DNA of 55,305 nucleotides from Candidatus Amesbacteria bacterium GW2011_GWC1_47_15 (GCA_001001375.1 LCNU01000003.1:1-55305); one strand, 5' to 3'. Counted from the stretch's first letter, positions 25,355 through 36,531 are shown. Numbers and translations are program-made. The notes: generated by a model not told the origin, from the letters alone.

Positions 25355-27321
25355 AAGGGAAAATTTAATTCCTTATCGGAAGACAAAATGACTTCAGGAA
25401 GCTTTCGCCCGTTTAAGGTTATCACGTAAGGAAAATCCTTGGAACCCGATTGTTTTTGGATTAATGCTTTATAGGGCGTTTTAACTTTAAACGGCAGTTC
25501 GTATTTAAACGATACCACTTTGGTATTCAGAGGAGTGAGAGTAAAAAAGCCTTCGAAGACCGTCTTGCCCAGATCTTCTCCAACAGTCTGACCGGTTTCA
25601 AAACCTTTTGCTTCCAGAAGTTTGCTACCCGCCGGAACGTAAACCCTCAGCCAGTCTCGAAACACTCCGTTTAGCTTCAGGTTTGTCTTGGAATCTGCAA
25701 AATACTGCTGGGGGTTTTTGTAGGTAAGTGTTAACGTCTTTGTTATATTACCGTCACCGGAAATCTGAGTATCGATATCGGCGTTGTAATTTACCCAGGC
25801 GTTGGTCTTGGCACCGGCAAAATTTGTATCCACCACCATCAGATAGTCCCATCCGTCAGGAATCGGACGGACCCGGCCGGCTAAATTGAAGATTTCCACC
25901 GCATCTTGAATTTTAGAATCTGGGAAGTAAAACTGGATGTGTTTCTGGCCAATGAGCCGCATGGCTGTGTTGAACATTTCCCCCATTTTGCCTTTTGGCT
26001 GAGCCATAACGTTTGACAGAACAGAGTGCATCATAGGCCCGATAAAGGATTTGCGCGCTCCGTAATTTCTTGGTGCAAATACGATCTGTCCGGAGATACT
26101 ATCCCAGACAACCGGGCCTTCGACATCGGCAAACAATTCCAATTCATAAAAGACATTGGGGCAATTGCATCGTTTGTCGTTTTCCGCAGAGTAGTTTCCG
26201 AAACCGGGAACTCCGATCGGCCCGGTAATTTTCAGTAAATCCACCAATACCTGGGTGTCAACCGTAAATATACCATCCACCTCGGGGGATTTTGTCAGCA
26301 GGTAATTGGGGAAAAAAGTTTCCATGGAAACTTTGAAATCCGGTGAGATATTCTGGTCGCGTAGATACCAGTAAGGAACTTTGGGAAGGTATTTTTTGAT
26401 CGGTTCGGGAGCCGGAAGTTTTTTGGGAAACCTTTCGTCCAAAAAGTAAATGTCGTTTGATTCAACTATACCGATCTTACCTTTGCTGACCGAAATAACA
26501 GCATAGGCGGTCATGAAGCCACCCGTGGGCCTGAGCTCCGCGTCGTTTTGGAAAATCACCAGGTATTTACGGACCCCATCTAGACCTAAAATATACGGGG
26601 CAGACTCGAGCAGTGGTTTGGCATCATTAACCAAAGTAGAAGCCTGATCTAATAACAAAATCCCCTGAGTTATCTGATCCCTGACACGCATACCCTTAAA
26701 TTCTTCAGGGTAGCGGTTGGGGTTTATTCCATCGACTTCGCTTCCGGCTTTGGCTAAATGGTCGCCGATAGTTGAAAGCTGAGGTTTGATTTTATCCAGA
26801 GTGTTCACGATAAAATTAATACGATCCTGAGCCGTTTTTTCCCCATTACCGGTCGTGGCTAGGCCTTTCAGTCCAATAATGTCTGCATAGGGGGCTATGG
26901 CTTCTATAGCCACATTTCCTGCAGAAAGGACTTCGCCTGCGGCTGTAAAACCTCTTTCGCCGTCCAGATAATAATTGCGGGCAAGGGGAACAGCTTTGAG
27001 CCATTTCAGCCTGGAATAATCTGCTTTTACCGTTTCCAGATCGGTTTTGACCTGAGCGAGCTGTCCCTGAGTACCTGCCAGGTCCTGAGCTTTGAGGTAT
27101 GGTTCGACCTGCCGGGCAGAAGATTCCAATTTACGCACAGACACCATCAAGCGACGGAGCGGGGAAATCAACGGAAAGTAAAGGATAATGCCGCTTAAAA
27201 GAACAATTAGCAGTAAAACACCTGCCGTTTTGAGAAACAACCGGAAAATTATTTTCGGCTTGGATGACGATGACGTATTCAGCGGCTGGGCTTCCAGCGT
27301 ACGAACCAGTGATTCAGCCAT
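25351..27321 (-). CDS. DUF4012-domain membrane-anchored protein
   Basis: 656 aa with an N-terminal TM helix, a long helical region, then a conserved core (FQNDAELRPTGGFMTAYA). This core is typical of DUF4012 proteins that accompany polysaccharide loci. Confidence 0.65.
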   Translation of the reverse strand: MAESLVRTLEAQPLNTSSSSKPKIIFRLFLKTAGVLLLIVLLSGIILYFPLISPLRRLMVSVRKLESSARQVEPYLKAQDLAGTQGQLAQVKTDLETVKADYSRLKWLKAVPLARNYYLDGERGFTAAGEVLSAGNVAIEAIAPYADIIGLKGLATTGNGEKTAQDRINFIVNTLDKIKPQLSTIGDHLAKAGSEVDGINPNRYPEEFKGMRVRDQITQGILLLDQASTLVNDAKPLLESAPYILGLDGVRKYLVIFQNDAELRPTGGFMTAYAVISVSKGKIGIVESNDIYFLDERFPKKLPAPEPIKKYLPKVPYWYLRDQNISPDFKVSMETFFPNYLLTKSPEVDGIFTVDTQVLVDLLKITGPIGVPGFGNYSAENDKRCNCPNVFYELELFADVEGPVVWDSISGQIVFAPRNYGARKSFIGPMMHSVLSNVMAQPKGKMGEMFNTAMRLIGQKHIQFYFPDSKIQDAVEIFNLAGRVRPIPDGWDYLMVVDTNFAGAKTNAWVNYNADIDTQISGDGNITKTLTLTYKNPQQYFADSKTNLKLNGVFRDWLRVYVPAGSKLLEAKGFETGQTVGEDLGKTVFEGFFTLTPLNTKVVSFKYELPFKVKTPYKALIQKQSGSKDFPYVITLNGRKLPEVILSSDKELNFPF

Positions 27322-27992
27322 TATTTCACCCCGCTTCCCTTACCACTCAACATCACATAGGGGGTCTTAAGCAGGATTTTTAAATCATACCACAGAGACA
27401 TGTTGGCTGCGTAATTGGCGTCCAATTCTATCCGCTTGTCAAAGTTTAAATCGCTCCTGCCTGATACCTGCCACTGGCCGGTAATTCCCGGGCGGACGGA
27501 AAGAGCTTTTTGAATGGAACCGTCGGTGTTGGGAAACCTTTTTTTCTGCTCCGCCAGTTCATCCGGGTAATAAGGCCGGGGGCCGACGAGGCTCATATCA
27601 CCTTTAAGAACATTTATAAACTGGGGTGTTTCATCCAGGGAGTACTTGACTATTACCCTACCTACCGAAGTACGCAGGGGGTCGTTTTCCACTTTATAAC
27701 TGTTTTTTTTAAAATTCTTCAGATATTCCTTATAACGGGGGTCATGAAACTGCAGATAGCGGGCATTGGGGATCATAGACCGGAACTTGAGCAGACGGAA
27801 AACCCGACCGTTTTTGCCTACGCGGTCCGACAATTCAACAAAAATAGGGCCTTTGGGTGTTTCCAGTTTGATGGCGGCGGCAACGATAAGAGCAACAGGC
27901 CAGAAAACAAACAGCAATATCACGGAGCAGATAATATCCATGATACGTTTGATCAGGGGGTACAACATCTGGAAAGAGTTTAAATTTTTCAA
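27321..27992 (-). CDS. Polyprenyl-phosphate glycosyl-1-phosphate transferase (bacterial sugar transferase, small PGT)
   Basis: [21 protein letters not shown] is the hallmark of the WbaP/PglC/EpsL family. It has a single re-entrant N-terminal helix. Confidence 0.88.
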   Translation of the reverse strand: MKNLNSFQMLYPLIKRIMDIICSVILLFVFWPVALIVAAAIKLETPKGPIFVELSDRVGKNGRVFRLLKFRSMIPNARYLQFHDPRYKEYLKNFKKNSYKVENDPLRTSVGRVIVKYSLDETPQFINVLKGDMSLVGPRPYYPDELAEQKKRFPNTDGSIQKALSVRPGITGQWQVSGRSDLNFDKRIELDANYAANMSLWYDLKILLKTPYVMLSGKGSGVK

Positions 27993-29089
27993 AGGTATTT
28001 AGTCAATTGCTGGGCTTTCAGGGTCTGGACAATCAATTTTACCCCCTGGGCGTGTTCTTTGGGGCAGATAAGAAGGGCATCCGGGGTGTCTACTACCACC
28101 ATATCCTTTAATCCAACTGTAGCTACGATTTTTTTATCCAGGAAAAGAAGGTTATTTTCAGAATTTATGCCTATATATTCCCCTTTCCCTTTGGGACCCT
28201 CGATCACGTTACCCGCTCCGTCTTTGGGGAGATGCTGCCAAACAACATTCCAGTCACCAACATCGGACCAACTGAATTTACCGGCAATACAGATAAACCT
28301 GGTGAGATGCTCAGAAACCGCATAATCTATTGAAATCGTTGGGGCCATCTGAAAGGCCAGCCGGATTACTTCATTTTCCTTATCGGTACCAATGGCCTCC
28401 AACACCTTGGGCAACATGGCGTATGTTTTGGGTGCATGTTTCTTTAGCAGTTCAAGATACAGGGCAGCACGGTAAACATATAAATTTGCATTCCAAAAGT
28501 ATTTCCCTGACCGGGTGTATTTTTTGGCCGAAGGAAGAGGAGGCTTTTCCACAAATTTTTCGCCCATAAGCAGTTGATCATTTTCTTTCCACTTTTTATA
28601 TGCTTTAATGTGTCCCATTCCGGTGTGGGGAAACTTGGGCTGAATGCCCACTGTGACGACATGATTGAATTCGTAAGCAGCCTGTGCCGCCTTTTTCATT
28701 TGCGAAATAAATACTTCTATAGGGGATATCAAATGATCTGAAGCCAAGTTGACGATCACAGCTTGCGGATCTTTTTTTAAAATATAAGCTGCGCCAATAG
28801 CATGAGCGAGGGCTGTATCACGACGGATAGGTTCGGCGATTATGTTTTCCTTAGGAACGATTTTCGTTTCCGAGTTTACCAAAGATGCATACTTGGCAGA
28901 TGTGGCTATGAAGATATGCGAAGGAGGGACAATTTTTTTGGCTCTGATAACCGTTAAATCTAAAAGTGACTTACCTCCAAAAAGTTTGACAAACTGTTTG
29001 GGGAATTCTTCACGTGACTGAGGCCAGAGGCGGGTGCCGCCGCCGCCAGCAAGGATCAGGACATATGTATGCTTTTGTACTTCTTCCAT
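27989..29089 (-). CDS. manC: Mannose-1-phosphate guanylyltransferase-like NDP-sugar pyrophosphorylase
   Basis: The LILAGGGGTRLWPQSR signature of ManC/CpsB-type nucleotidyltransferases. 366 aa, with no PMI/cupin extension. Confidence 0.8.
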   Translation of the reverse strand: MEEVQKHTYVLILAGGGGTRLWPQSREEFPKQFVKLFGGKSLLDLTVIRAKKIVPPSHIFIATSAKYASLVNSETKIVPKENIIAEPIRRDTALAHAIGAAYILKKDPQAVIVNLASDHLISPIEVFISQMKKAAQAAYEFNHVVTVGIQPKFPHTGMGHIKAYKKWKENDQLLMGEKFVEKPPLPSAKKYTRSGKYFWNANLYVYRAALYLELLKKHAPKTYAMLPKVLEAIGTDKENEVIRLAFQMAPTISIDYAVSEHLTRFICIAGKFSWSDVGDWNVVWQHLPKDGAGNVIEGPKGKGEYIGINSENNLLFLDKKIVATVGLKDMVVVDTPDALLICPKEHAQGVKLIVQTLKAQQLTKYL

Positions 29090-30183
29090 CGAAGTGTGAA
29101 TAGTTTAACAAATTCGCTTTTAAAACGCTCTTTGGAAAATCGATCGGCATGTGATTGGATAAACGACGAAGAGAATGACTCTTTGGAAAAACCGGCTAGA
29201 GCATGCCGAAGAGATGCAGGAGAATTATCTTCGATAAGAATTCCTGTTTTTCCGTGGATCACAGTCTCGGAGGCGCCACCCTTGTTGAGAGCAATAACCG
29301 GGGTTCCGGCAGCTTGTGCCTCTACAGGGACGATACCGAAATCCTCTTCGTGGAAAAAGATAAGTGCTCTGGAATGCTGATAATGACTTACAAGAACCTC
29401 GCGTGAGACGTTTCCCAAAATGGTTATATGGGGGCGGGCAATACGGCGAAGTTTTTTTTCCAGAGATCCGGTACCAATCACCACCAGCGGCAGATTGATT
29501 TCATTAAATACGTTTATCACGACATCAGGACGTTTGTAAGCTACTAATCTGCTGACGTATAGAAAAAAATCTTTAATTGACGGCGGAGGGGCAGGTGTAG
29601 AAAAAACATCAATATCCACGGGGGGGTAAATCACCTGAGAATCGAGACCGTAATATCGTTTCACCCTATTTTGTACAGTTTTGGAGATAGAAATATATTC
29701 ATCGGGTCTGCGTGATGCTATCAAATCCCAGTACTTCATATATTCAAACACGGGTTGGGAAAACCATCTGTTTACCGGATTTAATAATTTTTTATGAAAA
29801 TCGTAGTGGCTCCACAGGTAACGGGTAGGAGTCAGACAATAACAAAGATGGAAAGTATCAGGCCGGGTGATTATACCTTTGGCATCGGCGCTGGTCACGG
29901 AAATCACGGCGTCAAAATTGTTTAATTCCAGAGTCTCGAAAGCCAGAGGGGTCAGCCAGGGGTAAATCTCGTGATGGCTTTTGGCAAAAGGAAACTTCTG
30001 TAAAAAGGAGGTGATTACCTCCGGAAATACCTGCGCCCAAGCGGCTTTGGCGGGGTGGTAGACAGAGGTAAATAGCGGAGCTTTTGGAAATAATTCATGG
30101 AGAGCCAGAAGCACTTGCTCTGCCCCTCCCCATTTATTTACACGATCGTAAACTAACGCAATTCTTTCCGGTAAATTGCCCAT
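29056..30183 (-). CDS. Glycosyltransferase family 4
   Basis: GT-B fold signatures: WGGAEQV near the N-terminus and the C-terminal EEDFGIVPVEAQAAGTPVIA (E-x7-E region). Confidence 0.85.
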   Translation of the reverse strand: MGNLPERIALVYDRVNKWGGAEQVLLALHELFPKAPLFTSVYHPAKAAWAQVFPEVITSFLQKFPFAKSHHEIYPWLTPLAFETLELNNFDAVISVTSADAKGIITRPDTFHLCYCLTPTRYLWSHYDFHKKLLNPVNRWFSQPVFEYMKYWDLIASRRPDEYISISKTVQNRVKRYYGLDSQVIYPPVDIDVFSTPAPPPSIKDFFLYVSRLVAYKRPDVVINVFNEINLPLVVIGTGSLEKKLRRIARPHITILGNVSREVLVSHYQHSRALIFFHEEDFGIVPVEAQAAGTPVIALNKGGASETVIHGKTGILIEDNSPASLRHALAGFSKESFSSSFIQSHADRFSKERFKSEFVKLFTLRWKKYKSIHMS

Positions 30184-31247
30184 GTTTTTTGACTCATGTC
30201 AGACCAGGAATATTTTTTTACCTGCTTTTTTCCTTTGGCGATTAATTTACTGCGCAGCGCTGAATCTGATATAAGAATTCCAATTTTTTGTGCCAAATCT
30301 GAGGCAGACTTGGGATCAAAGTAAAGCGCGGCATCCTGGTATATTTCCGGAAGTACTGAGGCTCTAGCAGCAATAACCGGAGTTCCTGCGGCCATGGCTT
30401 CCAGCCCCGGAAGACCAAAACCTTCAATAAGAGACGGAAACACCAGGGCAAGAGAATTCTGGTAAAGGTAATGGAGCTGAGAGTCTGAAACAGAGCCGAA
30501 AAATTTAACCCATTTATTCAAATATTTTTCATCAATAAGAGCCTGTATTTTTTGGGTAAACACAGATCGGGCACAGACTAGAATTGCCAGTACCTCCCCG
30601 TTTAATTCCTTAACCGCATCCAGGAGCAATGGAATATTTTTGTGCGGGTACACGTTTCCCACGTGCAGGATGTATGGTCGATAGTCCGGAATATCGACCG
30701 CTGAGGAAGATCCGGACAAAAAAAGAGGAGAAACCCCTTCATAAGTGACACTGATTTTGACAGCGGGTATTTTGAATCTTTTTATTAATTCGTATTTCCA
30801 AAAATTCGCAGGGACTATGATATGCGCTGCTCTGCGGACCGTAAACCAGACGATAAACAGGTACTGTAAATACTTTAACCAATAAACCGCCGGGCTGCGG
30901 GTGGTGGTGGCAGGACCTTTGGAAAGATGCTTGATCAAGTCGTGAATTGTAACAACAATTTTTCCCGGCCAGAGAAAGGGTACCGTGAAATGGGGGACAT
31001 GGAGCAAAGCCGGGCGGATTTTCAGAAGCAGCCATAGCATCTCAAACTGTGAAAGGTAGGTATAGGGGTGATAACGGGCCGTATATTTGGAAAACTGCTT
31101 TAATTCCGGAAGAGCTGCATTTTCAGGTGAAATAATGAGAGTGACAGACGAAGGATCTGGTAAATTAGTGATCAGGTTTTGGACATAGCGGCCGATACCG
31201 GTGTGCCTGATGCCGTACAAACGGGCATCAATACAAATTTTCTTCAT
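30153..31247 (-). CDS. Glycosyltransferase family 4
   Basis: C-terminal PSLIEGFGLPGLEAMAAGTPVIA, the GT4 E-x7-E motif. Confidence 0.85.
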   Translation of the reverse strand: MKKICIDARLYGIRHTGIGRYVQNLITNLPDPSSVTLIISPENAALPELKQFSKYTARYHPYTYLSQFEMLWLLLKIRPALLHVPHFTVPFLWPGKIVVTIHDLIKHLSKGPATTTRSPAVYWLKYLQYLFIVWFTVRRAAHIIVPANFWKYELIKRFKIPAVKISVTYEGVSPLFLSGSSSAVDIPDYRPYILHVGNVYPHKNIPLLLDAVKELNGEVLAILVCARSVFTQKIQALIDEKYLNKWVKFFGSVSDSQLHYLYQNSLALVFPSLIEGFGLPGLEAMAAGTPVIAARASVLPEIYQDAALYFDPKSASDLAQKIGILISDSALRSKLIAKGKKQVKKYSWSDMSQKTWAIYRKELR

Positions 31248-31255
31248 TTATCCAA

Positions 31256-32092
31256 TTATATCGCGGCTTTTAATCTGCGCGCAGCATTGAGAAGATATAT
31301 GCCGGTATAAACGATCCAATTGAAGAAAAAGGGGTACCGGCTGGAATAATGTTTTTTATAAAAAGTTTTCATGGCGTTGGTAGAATTTTTTGCCCATTTA
31401 ACTCTGCCGGACTTTGTAACCCTAGCAGAAGCGCCTTTGTAATGAAGGATTTTTACCTCGGGAATATAGAAAATTTTCCAACCAACCTGTTTCAGGCGGA
31501 AGCAAAAATCGAGATCCTCCCCGTTCCAGAAATAATCTTCGTCCAACCAGCTGATCTGCCTGCCGGCAGTGGTTCGAATGAGAGCAAAAGCTCCTGTAAG
31601 GGCATCAATTTCATGAATAGTATCCGGAATCGGAGAATGGGAGTAGCGGGAGAAACGCCTGAAAAACCCAGTGTAAATATGGAGAAAGCTATTCAAAGGA
31701 TTGGGAAACTCCCGATGGCAGGAGTAATCAAGAGAACCATCCGTTAATTCCACCCGGCAAGTAGCAGCACCGACATCGGAATGAGACTTTATGTAATCCA
31801 TGACCGTTTGAATGGTATGCGGGTAGACAATGGTATCGGGGTTTAATAAAAGTGTGTAGGGAGACTTGACTTGCTTTAAAGCGATATTGTTTCCGGCGGA
31901 AAAAATTATTTTTACATGGGGAAAATGTTTTTTAACGGAAGCTGCCGAAGAGTCTGTAGATGCATTGTCTATGACTACTACTTCCCATTGATCACTTTTT
32001 TCCATAGTTTTATAAACCGAGGAAAGACAATCCAAGAGTAGTTTTTCGACGTTGTAGCTGAGGATAATGATAGTTAAGTCAGGTGTTTTCAT
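31256..32092 (-). CDS. Glycosyltransferase family 2
   Basis: LTIIILSYNVEKLLLDCL...VVVIDNASTDSS...LNPDT (DxD-like), which is GT-A fold. Confidence 0.85.
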   Translation of the reverse strand: MKTPDLTIIILSYNVEKLLLDCLSSVYKTMEKSDQWEVVVIDNASTDSSAASVKKHFPHVKIIFSAGNNIALKQVKSPYTLLLNPDTIVYPHTIQTVMDYIKSHSDVGAATCRVELTDGSLDYSCHREFPNPLNSFLHIYTGFFRRFSRYSHSPIPDTIHEIDALTGAFALIRTTAGRQISWLDEDYFWNGEDLDFCFRLKQVGWKIFYIPEVKILHYKGASARVTKSGRVKWAKNSTNAMKTFYKKHYSSRYPFFFNWIVYTGIYLLNAARRLKAAI

Positions 32093-33291
32093 CTTTGGGA
32101 CCTACCGACAGCCTGATAGACAGAGTCGAGTTTGGCAGAAATGGATTTCCAATCATACCTTGATGCGACAAATTCCTTGCCATTCTTGGCCAAAAGTGCC
32201 TGGGTCTTTTTGTCCTGTAAAAGCCGGATAATCGTATCAGCCATTTCAGGTGCGGTGTCTGCTATGAGTGCGTGTCTGCCGGGAATTATCCCGAATCCTT
32301 CAAGGGCTATGCTAGTGGCGACTGCCGGAGTGCCGGTAGCCATAGCCTCCAGGATTTTATATCGGGTCCCTTTTCCGCTGAATACCGGGGCCACCAATAT
32401 GTGGGCCTGGGAATAGGCATCGCGTATGTCGGGGATATTGCCTGTGACTTTAATAGTAGGGTCGGATCTTTCATAGCCGAAGACTTTTTCCGTGGGACTA
32501 TTGCCTACGATCCAGAGCCTGGCCCCGGGAACACTTTTCTTGATCAACGGCCATACCTGACCTACCAAAAAGTCAACTGCCTCAACATTAGGAAGCCATT
32601 TAAAAGTTCCGATAAACAGCAATGTGGGGTGGGGTGGGAGGCGCTTTTTGACCTGATCAAACCATTGAGTATCTACCCCATTGGCCACAACGTCGATCGG
32701 GCGGGCATCGGGACAAATAGACTTAATAAATTCCTTGTCATCTTCACTCATCGTAATGAGGCGGTTGCAGGTGCGCCAATAATGTTTTTCCCACCATTTG
32801 ATCTTGAAGATGTCTACCCAGAAAAAGGGTTTGAGAGGTAAAAAGCGGTTTTTGGAGGCGTAATTTAAATAACCTAAATATTCTATGGTCTGTTCCACCA
32901 GGATCACGGGAATACTGGTTTTGGGGATATTAGGCATCATGTAGAAAGTCTCAGCATGAATTAAATCATATTTGTCCGCGGCGATCTCTTCCCTGACGGC
33001 TTCCAATGTCTCATTCACCAAATTGCGGGTAACGACAAAGGGATAGAGGGTAAAACCAGCCCTGAGGATATTTTTGGGATGCCAGGGGGAAAAGGTTCGT
33101 TTGAAAACGCGGATCTTTGTACAAAATTTCTCCAGTTGGGGTAAATACTGCCGTTCTGAATCGTCCTTTATCAGGGCGAAGAGTGTTATCTGGTGGCGGG
33201 CGCTAAGTTTTTTGAGAAGGTTATAGGAACGAATCTGACCTCCCGAATGCAAGGGGTAAGGCAGATACGGGGTGAGCATTAAAATTTTCAT
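32089..33291 (-). CDS. Glycosyltransferase family 4
   Basis: MKILMLTPYLPYPLHSGGQIR N-terminus and GTRYKILEAMATGTPAVAT C-terminal motif. Confidence 0.85.
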   Translation of the reverse strand: MKILMLTPYLPYPLHSGGQIRSYNLLKKLSARHQITLFALIKDDSERQYLPQLEKFCTKIRVFKRTFSPWHPKNILRAGFTLYPFVVTRNLVNETLEAVREEIAADKYDLIHAETFYMMPNIPKTSIPVILVEQTIEYLGYLNYASKNRFLPLKPFFWVDIFKIKWWEKHYWRTCNRLITMSEDDKEFIKSICPDARPIDVVANGVDTQWFDQVKKRLPPHPTLLFIGTFKWLPNVEAVDFLVGQVWPLIKKSVPGARLWIVGNSPTEKVFGYERSDPTIKVTGNIPDIRDAYSQAHILVAPVFSGKGTRYKILEAMATGTPAVATSIALEGFGIIPGRHALIADTAPEMADTIIRLLQDKKTQALLAKNGKEFVASRYDWKSISAKLDSVYQAVGRSQR

Positions 33292-34763
33292 AGGAGGCCC
33301 GGGGTGGGAGTGGGAGTAATCAGGTGCCGCGGACGTTCTTCCAGCCGGACAATGACGTACTCCGGTTTTTCTTCCACTACAGTATAAATATCCATGATAT
33401 CCCGGGTGGCAACGTCGTAATTGACGGAAACATAGTAATCAATACCAAAGCGATCGATCAGATCTTTGACGGGTAACGGAACATTGGTAAAACCGCGACG
33501 GTTGGTATGGTAGAGAAATGCCGTGTCCCCGTTGTAATTGGCAATAACAGTAGCATCTCCGGGTATCAGGCGATCTACTGCACGGCCTGCCTGTATTATT
33601 TCCCAATGATTAATCTGATAGTTGCCCCGCAGTGTATACCAGGAAAAAGACAACATGAACAGAACGGAGATCAAAGCCAGAGTTCTTTTCCCCAGCGTCC
33701 CCAAAAGTGACGGTTCGGCTTTCCAAAGGGCAGTTACCCCGAGCGCAAGCATGACGGAGACGGCAGGCAGGATGGGTATCTGGTAATAATCGTGCCTGAC
33801 ATTTCCGGAAGCAAAAGTGAAGAGATATAAAACTGCTCCGGCCAGCCAGGATAAGAGATAGCTGCCTGATGACAAGGCGGCAATTATGCCTGCAGACAAA
33901 GGCAGAATTCCCCAGTTGCCCAGAATCATGTTTCCCAAACGCTCCCCGAATATCCAGCGGAAAAAAGCGCCTTTAAACCGGATATGGTCTCCGTTTAACA
34001 GCCAAATACTGCCCGGGATACCTTCCGGATGACGGTGTTCCCAGGTACGCCAGACGAGAAAAGGAACAAGATACAGAGAATAGAGAATAATTAATGGTTT
34101 TTGCCGGTAAAAGCGAAAACCGTACTTTTTCCAGAATAACCAGGCGGCAGGTACGCCTAAGAAAAATATGGCAACTGGTTTGACCATCACAGCCAGAGCG
34201 CCAAAGAATGCAGACAGTAAAAAGAATTTGAAAATAGATCCAACCGACCAGAGATCCAGAAAGTAGAGTGATACCAGATAGAGGGTGACCATAAACGGAT
34301 CCGGTAGAATTACACGGGTAAAGTAAATATTGAATGGCAGTAAGAGATAGAAAAATGAGGCAAGCATGGCAGTTTTTTCAGAAGCATGACGGGAAACTAT
34401 CAAGTAGATAAAAACAGCAGAGGCTAAAGCAGACAGCACAGAAGTCATGCGGCCCCAAAATTCCAGAGAGTTGAAGGGGAAGACTTCACGCAGGGTGTAA
34501 TGAACAAGATTAAACAAAGGAAATTCCACCATACGATAACCTTCGGGATTAAAAAGCCCCCTGCCTGAGACGTCCGAGAAATCATCGTAACGGGGGTACA
34601 GCAAGTTGACGCCGTAACGGACAAAATTACGGGTGACCGCGGCTGTATCTGCCTGCCGCCAAGAATGCCAGTCAGCTATGGGATTGTCAATTTTATACAT
34701 CCGGACAGCAAAACCCACAGCAAGAATTACCACCAGTATAAAAATCCGGATTCTAGGAATCAT
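33288..34763 (-). CDS. GT-C membrane glycosyltransferase (PMT_2/ArnT-like)
   Basis: 491 aa, polytopic. Loop-1 motif DWHSWRQADTAAVTRNF is as in ArnT/PMT-like enzymes. A C-terminal soluble domain is present. Confidence 0.7.
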   Translation of the reverse strand: MIPRIRIFILVVILAVGFAVRMYKIDNPIADWHSWRQADTAAVTRNFVRYGVNLLYPRYDDFSDVSGRGLFNPEGYRMVEFPLFNLVHYTLREVFPFNSLEFWGRMTSVLSALASAVFIYLIVSRHASEKTAMLASFFYLLLPFNIYFTRVILPDPFMVTLYLVSLYFLDLWSVGSIFKFFLLSAFFGALAVMVKPVAIFFLGVPAAWLFWKKYGFRFYRQKPLIILYSLYLVPFLVWRTWEHRHPEGIPGSIWLLNGDHIRFKGAFFRWIFGERLGNMILGNWGILPLSAGIIAALSSGSYLLSWLAGAVLYLFTFASGNVRHDYYQIPILPAVSVMLALGVTALWKAEPSLLGTLGKRTLALISVLFMLSFSWYTLRGNYQINHWEIIQAGRAVDRLIPGDATVIANYNGDTAFLYHTNRRGFTNVPLPVKDLIDRFGIDYYVSVNYDVATRDIMDIYTVVEEKPEYVIVRLEERPRHLITPTPTPGLL

Positions 34764-35233
34764 TTCATGAAAACACTCAAATACTTCTTAATCTTATCAA
34801 ACGAACCGTACAAAACCGCATTTATCCCTGCTGCGGAAGCAGCTGTAATATTTGCCGGCTGGTCATCGATAAATAATATTTCGTTGGGCCTCAGAGCTAT
34901 AATTCGTGAAAGATAGATGTAGGATGCTGACTTGTCTTTGGGTAAATTATCCTTTTGGGCGGAAAACACCTGGGTAAAATACTGATCCAGTATAACTTTA
35001 AGTACCGGGTTTTCATGGATGCTACCAGAAGTAAAAACGTACAACGGATAACGGGGTTTGAGAGCCCCGATGATATCCAGCAATTCATGATTTAGTTTGA
35101 AAAATTCCCAAAAATCGTAATTTTCCCGGGATCCGGATAGTGAACGGTAAAGATCGTTTAAAACTGAGGAATAATTATCATCTTTTGGGAAAAGAAGCGT
35201 GTAAGAGAGGTCGAAAATAAATGCCTGGGTCAT
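34760..35233 (-). CDS. HAD-superfamily hydrolase/phosphatase
   Basis: Starts at ATG 35233, with an ATGA overlap onto the upstream stop. It has motif I FIFDLSYTL and motif IV LFIDDQPANI. The track ORF extension to 35383 overlaps the upstream gene. Confidence 0.7.
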   Translation of the reverse strand: MTQAFIFDLSYTLLFPKDDNYSSVLNDLYRSLSGSRENYDFWEFFKLNHELLDIIGALKPRYPLYVFTSGSIHENPVLKVILDQYFTQVFSAQKDNLPKDKSASYIYLSRIIALRPNEILFIDDQPANITAASAAGINAVLYGSFDKIKKYLSVFMK

Positions 35234-36531
35234 TGTCGGATCAGAGCTTTGGTCTTTTCGGTGAGGCCGAGACAAAGCCAGGTGAATACCGCTATTTTGG
35301 AAGCGGCAAAAACGTCGATAAACACTGCGTTGATCAAAAGGCTGAAGAGAGAGCAAGTCACGGAAATCACAAACGCATGACACAAATCCTGGCGGTAAGA
35401 AATAATTAAGGGCAAAGAAGTCTTGAAATAACGGGCGATGATGAGCAAAAATGCCGCCAGACCCAGGATTCCCGACTCGGCCAGACTCCTTAAATAATCA
35501 TTGTCTACGGCCAGTCCGACGGAAGAAAAACCGGTCCCTAAGACAGGGTTTTTGGAGACCGCCCGCAGAGCTCTCGGCCATTCAACCCGAAGCCTGATAT
35601 TAAACGAGCGATCTTCGGGAACCAGGGGCGGTTTGAGCGCATCAGGTGTATCGTTGACATCTTTGGAACCGGTTTCCTGAGCTGATACGGTAGAAACCAA
35701 ACTGATCTTTAAGTGATTGGTGATCAGACTACGGTAACGGCCCAACAGTTGGGGCGAGACGACTACCCCGATGATTGCAGCAGCAGCCAGAGGCAGAAGC
35801 CATAATGGACGGCGAATAATCAGAAGCAATGCTGCCGCGCTGAGGAAAAAACTGGCGAAAGTAATCCTGGAAGCTGAAAGAAGGAGGGTCCAGTAAACCA
35901 GAGCGGCCAGGACCAAAAGTGGCAATTTGCGGGATGCAAACGGCAAGAGGGCAATGATCAAAAACAATGGAAATACAGAAAAAGCTGCCAGGTCGTAGTG
36001 ACCCGCAAAAGTGGAGTTGATACGGGCACCCTGGCCTAAAGTCAACGCCAAACCTTTGGAAAACTCGCTGTTGGTAGTGGTTACCACCGGAAAACCAAAG
36101 AATTGCTGACCGAGACCATAAACGGCCACCAGCAGGGAGGTCATAAGTACTACCCTGACGAGAAAATTTACCTGTTTTAAACCTTTTAGCCACGCATATC
36201 CCACAAAAAACAAGGACATGTACTCCAACCGACGGAAATAATGCAGGAAGCCTTGAGTGAGTGCGGACGACCTAGTAAGGAAAATGCCGGAAAAGGACGC
36301 AATCAGTCCGACAGTCAAATACAGAAGAAGCGCCCGGGAGAGCGGGGTGAATTCAAACAATCCGCGGTTTTTGATCAGTCCCCAGGTAAAAATTCCCGCT
36401 ACGAAAGCCAGCAATACATCCTCCAGACGAATAGCTACAAATGTACCGGAGACCGACACCAGGGGAAACTTGGGATAGAGCGGAATAAAAATCAAAACCA
36501 AGGCTAATAAATAGGTTTTTATATCAGACAT
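35230..36531 (-). CDS. O-antigen ligase/Wzy_C-family polytopic membrane protein (polymerase or ligase)
   Basis: 433 aa with at least 10 TM helices. The periplasmic loop followed by NPVLGTGFSSVGLAVDNDYLRSLAESGILG is a typical Wzy_C/WaaL family signature. Confidence 0.75.
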   Translation of the reverse strand: MSDIKTYLLALVLIFIPLYPKFPLVSVSGTFVAIRLEDVLLAFVAGIFTWGLIKNRGLFEFTPLSRALLLYLTVGLIASFSGIFLTRSSALTQGFLHYFRRLEYMSLFFVGYAWLKGLKQVNFLVRVVLMTSLLVAVYGLGQQFFGFPVVTTTNSEFSKGLALTLGQGARINSTFAGHYDLAAFSVFPLFLIIALLPFASRKLPLLVLAALVYWTLLLSASRITFASFFLSAAALLLIIRRPLWLLPLAAAAIIGVVVSPQLLGRYRSLITNHLKISLVSTVSAQETGSKDVNDTPDALKPPLVPEDRSFNIRLRVEWPRALRAVSKNPVLGTGFSSVGLAVDNDYLRSLAESGILGLAAFLLIIARYFKTSLPLIISYRQDLCHAFVISVTCSLFSLLINAVFIDVFAASKIAVFTWLCLGLTEKTKALIRQ